A stretch of 63,719 nucleotides of DNA, the filler included, from Albugo candida (lineage: Eukaryota), in NCBI GenBank assembly GCA_040437565.1. It is 16 parts of 16 records of this genome, joined end to end, with 100 filler letters (N's around TTAATTAATTAA, not from the genome) between each part and the next. Parts side by side here need not be neighbours in the genome. Positions count along the whole stretch, not along the records: positions 12,639 to 16,635 come from JBDOQK010000191.1; positions 16,736 to 20,722 come from JBDOQK010000192.1; positions 20,823 to 24,800 come from JBDOQK010000193.1; 13 more parts are not named here. One strand, given 5' to 3'. The position numbers and the translations under genes are program-made. The notes below the pieces were generated by a model, which saw only the letters and a list, made by a program, of their open reading frames with translations, was not told where the DNA came from and did not search any database. This document shows, in pieces, positions 12,639 through 23,990 of this stretch; position 1 is the stretch's first letter; every line of letters starts with the position of its first letter.

Positions 12639-15600
12639 GCAATGACCCTTGACGCCTGCAACACTGTTTACTCTATCGTGAAGTCTACTTTAATTGAAAC
12701 AAAGCAAGAAGAATTGACAACAATTTATGATAAATTACGTAAGTAGTTAGAATGGTTGATAACTTTCTTTCAATGACTAACAAATTTTTATATTTATAGG
12801 CATAAGCGGTGATATGGCTGGTTCTGCTTCTCAAAAAGCCACTGAACGTCAAATCAAAAAGGAAATCAAAAACATCAAGGTTTTGAGTTACGACCGTTCC
12901 GCTACTCTTGTAACTAAATGGACGCAAGATTTTGTTATCGTGACCAAATACAAAGCATGTTCCAAAGGTTGTACTCTTTTTGAACTTTCCGACTCTGACG
13001 AAAAAGTCTGCAAATTATGTGAAGCTGAATTATTGGAAAATAGCAAGAAGAATGTTAGCAATTCCAAGGACGACACTGACAACATTGAAGACATTGAATT
13101 GACCATTAGAAAGAAGCAAGTTGTTCATTATGTTCATTTGGAGGGACAGTTGAAGTCCATGTTCATTCAAGGATTTATGCGTGAAGCTTTGAAATACGGC
13201 GCCGAATACGAATCCACTGAAGGCGTTTACCGTGATGTATTTGATGGATCTACCATTAAATCCGTTTGTGATGATCACAACAGCATTCAAGTTTCATCCA
13301 ACGAATATGTTATTTACGTTGGAATTATGCAAGATGGTTTCAACAGTGCTGTACACCATTCAAAATCAAGAAGCTTTACAATGTTCCAGGTGGTCTGCTA
13401 TTCTCTTTCACCCATCCTCAGGTAATCACTTATTTTACATAGCCACATTAATTTTTTCCTTTATTGACTGTTATTTTTTATTATACTTTAATTTTAGATA
13501 TAGAAATGGAATGAAGCTTCTAGTTATGATTTCACCTGGCCCCAATAAGCCTTCCATGGAATCTTTTACCAAGCCTCTTTTAGAAGAATTGAAAACTCTC
13601 TACAAGGATGGGTTTACCGTTAAAGTTGGTGATGACAAGTATAAGGTCTTTGTAAAACCAATTTTGGCTACCGGGGATGGTCCTGCAATCGCCGATATTT
13701 TCATGCTGAAGACAAGTGCAAGTTATTACCCTTGTAGATTCTGTACAGTCCTTGGTACTAATAAAGTTGAACACATGGCCAAAGAACAGTAAGTAAACTT
13801 TTCATTTAATTTAAATATCGTCATTCTAAAACATTCCATTGTAATGTAGGTATGAAAAGAGAAGAGTACAATATGCTGCTCAACCTATGTAAGTATATCA
13901 TACAGTTTGCATTACCCATTATTAACAAATACATTCATTCTTTAGTAAACTTCTTCAAGCTGTACAAAAAAAAATACAAAAAAGAAGAAAATTGAACTCA
14001 AGGTGCGCAAAATTTATTATATCCTAATTTAGACAATATATATTAACCCGACCTTTTTTTTAGTGATGATATTTTTATTTCCCATCATGCCGCAACTAAG
14101 TACACTTCCTCCTCCAAAGGTATTTACTACCTTCAGTCCCAACCTTCTACTATTAGAAATTATCAAGACAGTGCCCGAAGCAAGTCCTACTACAAGGCCA
14201 ATTTAAAAAAAATTGATGAAGCAGTTAAGAAGGATAAGAAGACCAAGGCCCACTTGCATGACGAGGTAAATTATATTGTTATTAGTTGTAAAGTCATTTT
14301 TAATGGAATTTAATCAATTGTTTTTTTATGTAGACTAAGGGTGTAAAAGGTCGTTTTGCTCTTGCTGACTTGCCATCTTTCAAGTCTATGGCTCAAAGTG
14401 GTCTTGACGACCTTCATTTTATTGTAAGTAATTCTTGATTTTTGTTTGTACTCAATGGGGTAAATTAATTTAATTTTTTATTTATTAATAGAACCGTGGT
14501 ATTACTCCCATTTTGTTTGATGCTTTTACCACAACTAAATATTACAACAAGAACCTTACTGGCAACAAGGCTGATTTTGATCGTCTCCCGCTCGGTGTCC
14601 CCTTACATCATTATATTTATCCATTTACTCTCAAGTTGGAAAACAAATATAGTGATGTCAAGACCTTCATCAACAAAGAAATTAGTGAAGCAAGAAAATA
14701 CGTTCCGCCGTACATGTCAGGTAGCTACTTGGAGGTTTCTTCTGGAACAAGAGCTTGTGATTGGGAAGACGTTCTTTTGAGGGTACTGCCGTCTACTATT
14801 ATTCCTTTGGTTGTATGCCGCGAGGCAAGAATTGCTCTGGAGTCTTTAATTGTTGCTTGCTCTATTGCTCTTCAATGGTTCATTACTGAAGAACAGCTTG
14901 ATAAAATGGACAGGTAAAAAATGTACTATCAACTTTTTTGGAAAATAAAATCTAATCATATAATATTTTATTATGTAGTATGTTCAAGGTGTTTTTGGAC
15001 TTTTTGGTGGACTGTGTCAACCATGACACCATTGATCCTTGCGTGATGACCGTCACTTCCCATTATTGTATGCACGTGGCAAGTGTCATTCGGGAGTGCG
15101 GTCCTCTCCGTATTATCAGTGCGAGATCTTTGGAGGTAACTATATTTTTTATTTAATAGATCAAGAATGTATTACTAATATATATTTTTTAATAGAGACA
15201 GATCGGTGTCGCCAAGAAGCTTATAAAGAGTAAGTCCAATCCAGGCATGAATGCTCAAAATGCTTGTGTCTCGATGGTGAAGGCGAACGTGTTGAAAAGA
15301 ATGTTTCCTTTCTGGGATGTGTTAGGTGAAAAAAGCCACGATTCCTTGCTTGCTCCTCCTTCCGTCTCTACTACACTGGTTGTCCCTAGTCTTTGGAAAA
15401 ATTACGTTTCTCATGTTGCTAATTTCGACTACAACTTGCTGGAGTTTGGTGGAAGATCTGTATCCCTGAATTACAAAAAATTTATCAGTGCTTCCAAGTA
15501 TGATCATGGTCGTTTCTTTTATACCAGGTTCTGTAGCTTTACTAAGAATGAGAGGTACGGTGATCTTTTTAAAAATATTCCACTCAAAATATTTGCATTG

Positions 15601-16269
15601 GATTTATTTAATGGTTACCTTGAGAAGATCGGTGGATCGACTATTTTGGTACCTCCTCGAAGAGTTCTTTTGTTTGGTAAAATTGAGCTGAATGTAAATT
15701 ACTGCGTGCCCAACACAAGTAGAAGTCTTAAGCCCTCCGATGTCAACAAGAAGTTTGTGATAAGAAGCATGTTGAGTAGTGTGAACAGAATTGACGGTGA
15801 ATTTAGCAAGAAGGCAAACTCCCAACGCAGTCGCTTTATCATCTATAAAAAGCAGCACTTGTAAGTATATATTTCATTATTTAAATCTCAAAGTAAATAC
15901 TTATAATATTAATTTAGAGGTCAAACCGTGTTGTCTGTTGGTGAGGTTGTTTGCTTCGTTTACCCTATCTTTAATGAAAATTCTACTGTAGAGTATCCCC
16001 CTTGTGCTGTTGTATCGCCATTCCGAAAAGTTACCAATGTTGATCCCCATAAGTACCCAATGGTGCATGGGTTACAATCTCGCAAAGAAACTGAACTCGT
16101 GCCCATTGTGGATATATTGCATTTGGTGGGTCTTCAACGTACTTTTCCTTTGGTAGGTGTTACCGCTGGTGCCAATGTTACTGTTAATACCACTTCTACT
16201 CAAGACCTACACAACGTTTTTTGGCCCAGAAGTTCCTTGGGAAACCACCTCTCGTATCCTTTCTACTAA
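12639..16269 (+). CDS. CACTA (Tnp2/Transposase_21-like) transposase, about 11 exons, 5' truncated
   Basis: Motifs YRDVFDG, IMQDGF, YSLSPILR|YR, SPGPNKP, PLLEELKTL, ATGDGPAI, YYPCRFC, DDLHF, HYCMH, SARSLE|RQIG. Short AT-rich GT-AG introns join the ORF fragments (e.g. 12739-12799, 13422-13497, 14914-14978, 15136-15195). Confidence 0.85.
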
Positions 16270-16635
16270 TAACAAAAAAAAAACATAAAATCTATACAAT
16301 AAAATTGTGAAAAAAAATTAGAATTACCATTTAGAATAATAAAAAAATAAAAAAAGTAAAAAAATAGGTTATTTGGCGTTTGTGAAACGTTGTGTAAGCT
16401 ATTTATTTCTCACTAATCCAAATCGAGTTTAAATAATTGTTTTTCCTTTTTTTATTGAGCTTCAATTGTGATTTTTTTAAAATAAAAGGAAAATAATCCC
16501 CCCAAACAGACTTCATCCCTTGTTGACTTTTAATATTTGCAAAAAACTCATAACCAAGATTGAGAACTCATTTTTTATTATCTTTTATGAGTTTTCAATT
16601 TTATGAGTTAAAATTGGGGGTTTTCAATCATAGTG
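12639..16635 (+). mobile_element. CACTA/EnSpm-type DNA transposon, right portion with terminus
   Basis: Multi-exon transposase gene. The contig ends in ...TTTTCAATCATAGTG, which reads CACTATG on the minus strand. Subterminal repeats AAACTCATAA/TTATGAGTT in both orientations at 16541-16610. Confidence 0.85.
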
Positions 16636-16880
16636 NNNNNNNNNNNNNNNNNNNNNNNNNNNNNNNNNNNNNNNNNNNNTTAATTAATTAANNNNNNNNN
16701 NNNNNNNNNNNNNNNNNNNNNNNNNNNNNNNNNNNCTCTGAAGAGCCCGGTCCAACTCCCGTACAGTTATTTTCTGGTGTAGTTGCCAGCGGTCTTGACA
16801 CGTCCATATCTTCATTGAGTAGGTTGATATTTATGTGGAGGAATTTTTGCCTCCGCCGAGGGTCCCCATCGTAGTCCTTT

Positions 16881-16955
16881 TGCCACCGCCGGGATTAGAA
16901 CCGGGGTACACACGGTCGGAACACATGTGTACTATCCGCTAGGCCCCCCGACGGG
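16881..16955 (-). ncRNA. tRNA-like (pseudo-tRNA) module with a Gly(TCC)-like anticodon loop
   Basis: CCCGTCG GGGGGCCTAGCGGATAGTAC ACATG TGTTCCGAC CGTGT GTAC CCCGG TTCTAAT CCCGG CGGTGGC A. Acceptor stem 6/7 pairs, A-box-like D loop, paired anticodon stem, B-box-like GGTTCTAATCC. Non-canonical positions argue against a functional tRNA. Confidence 0.6.
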
Positions 16956-16959
16956 GTCT

Positions 16960-17042
16960 CCCGTACCCAGCTCAGCCGGTTAAGCACATGAGCGCGCGAA
17001 CCCCCTTCCGGAGGTCGTTAGTTCGATCCCCGGCAGTGTGGG
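16960..17042 (+). ncRNA. tRNA-like (pseudo-tRNA) module
   Basis: 5' CCCGTAC pairs with 3' GTGTGGG (7 pairs including G-U). A-box-like CAGCTCAGCCGGTTAAGC and B-box-like GTTCGATCCC. Anticodon arm degenerate. Confidence 0.6.
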
Positions 17043-20000
17043 CAGCGGTTTGAGCCCACCCAAGCAATAAGCTTGGAAAATATCTGCCTCCCTACGTTTG
17101 AAGTCAGACTTAAGTGATGTTCACACGGTCAGGGGCTCATGATAGGATAAGGAAGGTAGTTAAAGAAACAGATAAACAGTGTAATGAAATCCTTGACGAA
17201 GTACAGGAATTTTATTATCAAGCACGCTCAGAAAATAAGATGAAGAAGAAAAGCGAGTCCTCCGTTGAGAAGAAGAGTATAGCAAATCATTCATTGGAGA
17301 ATTATCTCGCCGCAAGGCTATCAGACATTCCTCAAGTACTCTTTCAGCTTGATACGAATGCAGTCCATTCATCACCATACTTGTGAACACACCCAGTACA
17401 GCATCTACGTGTATTAATTCGATCTAATATCGATTGAGAGAAAATATTGGGGGTTCTGACAGAGTTGTAAAAAGGAACTACTCGTTCAACTTCGGTATGT
17501 CATACAGGTAAACTATGATTTATTGAGACAATTGTCGAAATACTCGGCTGTGGGCTTGCGGTGTCTCCAAACATTATTTTATTCTGCTTTGATCAAGTAT
17601 CTCCAGATATTGTGCAACCATGCTTTGCATCTATTAAGTGACAACATTATCGGATCGAACGCAGCATCGTTGGCCATCTGCACATTCTACCACTCGGAAA
17701 TGACGATTAACGCTGGCAAAGAGGTAAGAAAGTATGCTAACTGAGTTCGTAACCATCCTCGAAAAGTGAAAGAGCACGGTGATAATGTCAGGATAGGACG
17801 GAAACGAATCTGAGGATATTGGTGGTACGGTAGAAGGATCTGAAAAACACGAAGATAACCTTCACGGAATTGCTTTCATACATTATTGGATTTTGAAGTG
17901 ATAGAATGTTTCAACACATTCCATGTGTCCTTCAATCTCATGGTGATTATGACAATCGGATCATCGAATAGTCCAACTACCGTCTCAGCCTTCTCAAATC
18001 TTGAATTCAGCAACTCTAACGGGAAAGGGATTCTCTATTCGACCAGAAGAGGACTCATATATTGACGATAAAAATTTGTTGGCGCACTGGAGTCTCTTTG
18101 GTAATTCAGCGTACGACCTTGTATACAAGACCGGAAAAAGGGCTTTGTAAAGGTCTATATACGTGTGTTGACGAAGTTATCCAAGGAAGAAAAGAACTCA
18201 AGTAATATCAAGCTGGCGCCTTTGTCGGCCAATGTCAATCGTCTCATTATCACCTGCACCACATCCCTCTGTGGCCGCACTGGGTACCATTTGAAGTCTT
18301 CACAGTTGATTATGAAAGCTTCACCAATTGCTGGAGAACAAGTTTCGGCAAAGCTCCTCATAAATGCCAATTGCTCATTTTCAAATATCGGTTAACTTTT
18401 TCAAGCGCTACGGACGGCATCACAACACGAAGGCATTTCTTTCTTCCATGTAGAATCCAGTGTATGGGACGGAAAATGCATCGATCAAGGAAAACGTTTG
18501 AGTTCGTATTGGAAAATCCGTCACACGAGTCAGTATTCCAACTCTTTCATAAACATAGCAAAACCGAACGAACATTAACTGCAATCGGAATCATGACGTA
18601 AGGCATCAAGACCCGCATTGGGATAAAAATTTGGGAGTGGAGAAACTTTGGACAGCTCCATAGTTTCGAACCAGTATGATCTCATGCCGCGCTGCTTCCT
18701 TCCAACCTTCCTCCATTACTAATGCTTTTCAGAAAAATAAGCCGAGAACCTTGCGGACACTCAAGAATAGTGAATTCTAGATGCTAAAAACAAGTAAAGT
18801 CGCATAAATTCTACGAGCCACTTATGCGTAGAATTTATAAACATTTACTTCACACAGGATACGTCATTGATAGACGATGTGTCTTTTACCGTTCACTAAG
18901 AAACATTTGCAGCACACGAGTAGGATGAGACGCCTTTTCAAACAACTTCTGATCTCTTAAACAATGAAGACCCCGATCATTGTCATGATATCTTTCGACC
19001 GATAGAGTTTTTTGAACCTATTCTCCAAATTCGAAGTAAATCCATATCTGTATTCCTCTCTCAATTTTTGAAAGAGCCATTGTTCTGCTGCTGCACAGTC
19101 TCAAAAAATCATCTGGCCAAGAGGCGCCTGCAGAATTTATCGATAACGCCTGAAGCGTGAAGATGCGATCACTTTGCTCACTTGCTTTGCCTTGTATTCC
19201 TTCGTATCAAACTTTGATATGTATGATCTCATTGAACAATGCGCTTCGAAGCTTTGATTTTTCAGGTATGGTGCTGATATTGACGAATGTTTCTCCAGAG
19301 CGTCATTTGATAAGTAGCAAACATCTTTTGCCAGAAAGTGACAAATGAATTTAAAAAAAATGTGAAAACTGGCTCACAAATTGTCTCGTTTCAACTGGTA
19401 TGCGGCTCTCGACTTCGAATTTTCTTAAAAGCACATCGAAGTATCATACTTCTTTCCTTGTGTCAGAATGCAATCTGATATTTGTCACAAACGACAAAAG
19501 GCTGTTCATCGAAAAGGTGTAGAGTATTTATCACTTTATTTTTCCGAACCTAACCAACGAACCTCTGAGGGTTACAGTAATTCACATCTCAAAATGAACT
19601 CACTTCCTCGACAAAATACGAGTGTTCTTCAAAGTTAGAAGGAATGATCCCAACCGCACGTTGCGTAGGTAAAATTAGCATAGTACATTAGATCTATTTA
19701 AAGTTTGCAAAGCTGAAGAAGAGAAAGATAACGAGCATTGATAATAAAAGCACTTCTACATTTGCTGCTATACAATAAAGCATGTATCCTCGCGATCATC
19801 CTGTACGTCTTAGCCTGGGATGGAACGACCTTTTCACAAATATGTAACCTGTTTTAGGCAGTGCAAAGGCTCGTTGATATGTTCCAACCTCTCGAGATAT
19901 TAAGCTTCTAGTAATTTGGTCGATAAAATTGAAATGGATTGCGACTAAAGCCAAGTGGAAGATCGTGCGCTGTTTGAAGAGGATCTGAAAGTCGAAAGTT

Positions 20001-20822
20001 AAGTGAATTCAAGATGAGATGTCAAGAAACAAGCCATAGGAGATGGAGCTTGCATAACAACTCTGGGAAGAGATCGCACGTGATATGGAGAAGAAACAAG
20101 ACGCTTAAGTAGCAAAAACCCGTTTCTTTGCATCAGGAGCTCATGCTTGCACGCGAGCTTGCAAAAAAAGAGTCCAGCTCCATGCGGTGAGGGAAGGATA
20201 TGTTCTTGCAGGAAAAAAAGCCAATGCAACAACCGGAAAGATCCGAATTTAACGCCAAAAAGAATGGCGGAATTTCCTAAAAGAATTATATGGACAAAAC
20301 TGATGATCACTTGCGCGAAGGTCGCAACCTACAAAAGTTAAAGAACTGGTCTCCCTACAGCTCTAATCACGCTACAGTACCATGTCGGTTACGTCTACAA
20401 AAACTATTGCGTCAAGCTGGATTGCCTCCCTAGAGCGGGATTGACTGCTAGCACGTTATACCCGATATTTCTCTCGATCAATCCAAGAATCGCGATCATT
20501 CCTCCACGTCACGGTCGTGGAAATTGTTACCTGCAGCAGAAACATATTTGCTGCTCATTTAGAATAGAGGATAGTGCGCAACTACAGTGCAAGACACTTA
20601 CAATCAGACCATAAATTGCATTAACAAGAACTTCTACTTCTACAATAAAAATTAAAATAGAGCAAAATGTCCTTCATATAAACAAAGCACATTGACTTGG
20701 CTTTCTTACAGAGGAGACCGAGNNNNNNNNNNNNNNNNNNNNNNNNNNNNNNNNNNNNNNNNNNNNTTAATTAATTAANNNNNNNNNNNNNNNNNNNNNN
20801 NNNNNNNNNNNNNNNNNNNNNN

Positions 20823-22412
20823 ATCAACACACCCACCTTGAAGCGCTCGTATAGTAAGTTTTAATGTAATATTCCCTTCCTTGTCTTATTTATTTTGGTT
20901 TATATAGGCTCAGGCTCTGAAGCTTCAGACTCTGAAGTGAAGAGAAGAACCAAGAAGGTTACTTACTTTGGTAAAGAAGGTGGAGAAGGAGCAGAAGAGG
21001 GAAGAAAAATCTGGAACCCTCTTACCAAGGTAAGAAAACAACCTTGAAAGTTATAACATACATACAAGAGTAGTTTTTAACTTAATATTTATATGTAGTT
21101 GGTAATCAGTAACTTTGATGTTACTTTATTTTTGAAGCGATTCAGAAATAAGAGTATTAAAGTAGCTGAAGTTAAAAATTCTCTGAGTGATATGAGAGTG
21201 CTGTAAGTAAAAAAGAATTACTTTGTTAGATCTCCTTTTACTAATTAAGCTCTTTAAACTTCTATAATATTAACAGCTCTCTCTCTCATATCTTTCCTAT
21301 TAATGAACGCGAAGAAGATTTCTGTGTAACGAAATATTTGGATAATGATGATGATAAAAAAGATTTACTCTCTTTCGCAAGTAATAATGCAAGAGTAGTA
21401 GTAAAATCTTCTAAAGAAGCGGTTATTTACTGCAAATTCTTGTCTGATGTAAGTAGAGCTTAACAGTTATTATTATTAGCAACCGTTTGTTGATAGTATT
21501 ATAATTTTCGCATTGACTAATTACTACTATTATCTTACTCATCATACAGAATGAAGATTATATCTTCAATGGAGAGGGTCCTTTGGACCACATTATCAAA
21601 ACAATTTGCCACCACTATTGCAACAATAACTTTCTTATTACTGGCAATTCGGAGGCAAGCTTCATTGAGAAGTTTGTTAGCCCGGTCGTACGTATTGTTT
21701 TTTAGAAGATTGCGATAAAAATTTAATAATGTCAATGTAGGTATCTTTTTAGCATACTGCGAGTATGTCAAACTTTGACTAACTTTTTCAATTCAATAGG
21801 ATCGACGGGAACGACAGCTCACAAAGCAAGCCCGATATCATGTTGGGTTTCCGCGATAGACGTAACGAGACTTTTATCTTTTTCGTTGAAGTAAAAAGAC
21901 CTGCTATGGAAAGCAAGTACCAGTCCGAAAGCGACTTTATTAAAATTATGAAACAGATGAAAAGATCAGTTAACAGACAAGTTGATCAAAAGGTCGAAAA
22001 TCCTGTTTCTTCCGTCTTTTGGTACAAGGTATATTATTTATCATAATATTCAAAATAATTGGGTACTAAATAATTCAATGGCTGTAAACATATAATAGGG
22101 TTCCAATGCCGTCTTTATAAGATATCCCTTGTAGAAGATGGTATCTACTTGCCTGTTATGATCAAAAAGTTTAAGTTGTTAGAGGACGTTGGAAATTTAG
22201 TCAATGTCCCTGCCATTGTTGAATCACTTTACTGTATCAAAGTAAGAGAGTAATGGTTATAAAAATACAATACAGGATTAATGATAACACTTTCTTAATT
22301 CTACATCATTAGCAAAGGATTGGTAACTACAAAAATATGTCTATAAACAGAATCAAAGGTGATTTTGTTGAAGTAGCCAACTTTGTCAAGCCATCATTGC
22401 AACGCTCGAACA
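20823..22412 (+). pseudogene. Tandem unit 1 of a multi-exon PD-(D/E)XK nuclease-like gene (Mucorales-type hypothetical family); frameshifted as assembled
   Basis: Spliced translation includes SEASFIEKFVSPVVR, SKPDIMLG...FFVEVKRP...KYQSESDFIKIMKQMK. Single-base deficits at homopolymers near 21700, 21720 and 22010. Confidence 0.65.
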
Positions 22413-23990
22413 GTAAGTTTATATATAAAAAAAAGGCTTTTTTTACTTGTCTTATTAATTTTGGTTTAGGTTCTGACTCTAATTCTGAAGCATCAGATTC
22501 TGATGTGAAGAGAAAGAAGAAACTCTCTTACTTTGGAGATGAAGGAGACGGATTCGAAAAGGGAAGAAAAGAATGGAATCCTGTAACAAAGGTAAGAAAA
22601 CAATCTTGAAAGTTGTAACGTACATGCAAGAGCAGTTTTTAACTTAATATTTATACGTAGTTGGTCATTAAAAGCTTTGATGTCACCTTGTTTTTGGAAA
22701 AGTTCAGAAACAAGAATATTAGAGTTGGAGAACAAAGAAATTCATTAAGTGATATGAGAGTTCTGTAAGTGAAAATGAATTACTTTTTTGTTTGACCTCT
22801 TTTTACTAATCAAGACCCCTTAAATTATTGTTGATAATAATAGTTCTCTTTCATTTATATTTCCCGTGGATAAAAATGACGATGACCACAGTATCACAAG
22901 ATGCTTTAAAAACGAACCAGAAAGAAAAGATTTGATCTCCTTTGCTTACAATAAAGCTGCAAATTTAGAAGCAAAAGCTTCTAAAGAAGCAGTTTTTTAT
23001 TGCAAAGCTTTATCTGATGTAAGTGAGCTTAACGGTTATTTTTATTCTTTACTAGCAATTCGTCGTTGATAGTAATATCATTTTCGCATTTACTAATTAC
23101 TATTACTGACTTACTCATGTAGGGTGAAGATTATGAACTTAACATTGAAAGTCCCTTGGACAGCATTGTCCAAAAAATCAGCTTAAGTTATAAAAATAAA
23201 AACTTTATTTTTCAATCAAATTCGGAAGCAATTTTTATGGAAAAATATATTAATCCAATTATTAGAATTGCTTTTTTGGACAGCTGCGAAAAAAAATTTA
23301 GTAATGTCAACGTAACGTATCTTTTTAGCCCACTGCGAATATATAAAACTTCAACTGACATTTTAATACAATAATAGAATTGACGGAAATGACGAAACAC
23401 AAGGCAAAGCAAGCCCGACATAATGTTGGGTTATCGCTTTTACAAAAAAAACGAAATCTTTTTCTTTTTTGTGGAGGCAAAAAGACCTGCCACCACAAGT
23501 AAATATCAAGCCGAAAGTGATTTCGTCAAAATAATGAAACAGATGAAGCGATCAATCAATAAGCAGATTGACCAAATGATCAAGAATCCTGTTTCTTTTG
23601 CTTTGTTAGTCCAAGGTATGTTTACAATAGTAATCAAAATCCCTAGATACTAAATAACTCATTACTATAAAAAATAGGCTTTAAATGTCGTCTCTTCAAA
23701 ATGACTCTTGTTGAAGACGGCATTTATTTACCAGTGTTGGTAAAAAAGTTCAAGTTAGTAGAGGGCATTGAAGATATGGTAAATGTCCCTGCTATTGCAG
23801 AATCGTTGTACTTTGTTAAGGTAAGAAAATAGTTATAACAAAAATATAATATAAGCTTAATAACACTTTCTTGATACTTCATTAGCAAGGTATTAACGAT
23901 TTAAAGGAAAAGTACGCTAACAGAACCAGAGGCGATTCTGTAGAAATTGTTAAATTTGTAAAGCCTTCATATCAAACTACTTTCTTGTAA
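22413..23990 (+). CDS. Tandem unit 2 of the PD-(D/E)XK nuclease-like gene, ending FVKPSYQTTFL*; one frameshift near 23406
   Basis: Same exon/intron layout as unit 1 at a 1559-bp offset (donors 20854 and 22413). Motifs SEAIFMEKYINPIIR, KPDIMLG...FFVEAKRP...KYQAESDFVKIMKQMK. Confidence 0.65.

Larger units (their letters stand above)
16736..17205. mobile_element. LTR-like repeat (ends ...GAAGTACA) containing two divergent tRNA-like modules
   Basis: GC-rich block whose terminal 115 bp recurs at 8304-8418. CA end at 17205 (TG on the minus strand). No PBS follows, so a solo or 3' LTR is inferred. Confidence 0.6.

Noticed and set aside
16881-17042. Two functional tRNA genes
   Set aside because: Acceptor and T-stem mismatches, non-canonical position 8, and a degenerate anticodon arm in the plus unit; kept as tRNA-like modules.
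17114-17386. 90-aa ORF
   Set aside because: It crosses the repeat boundary at 17205 and has no recognisable motif.
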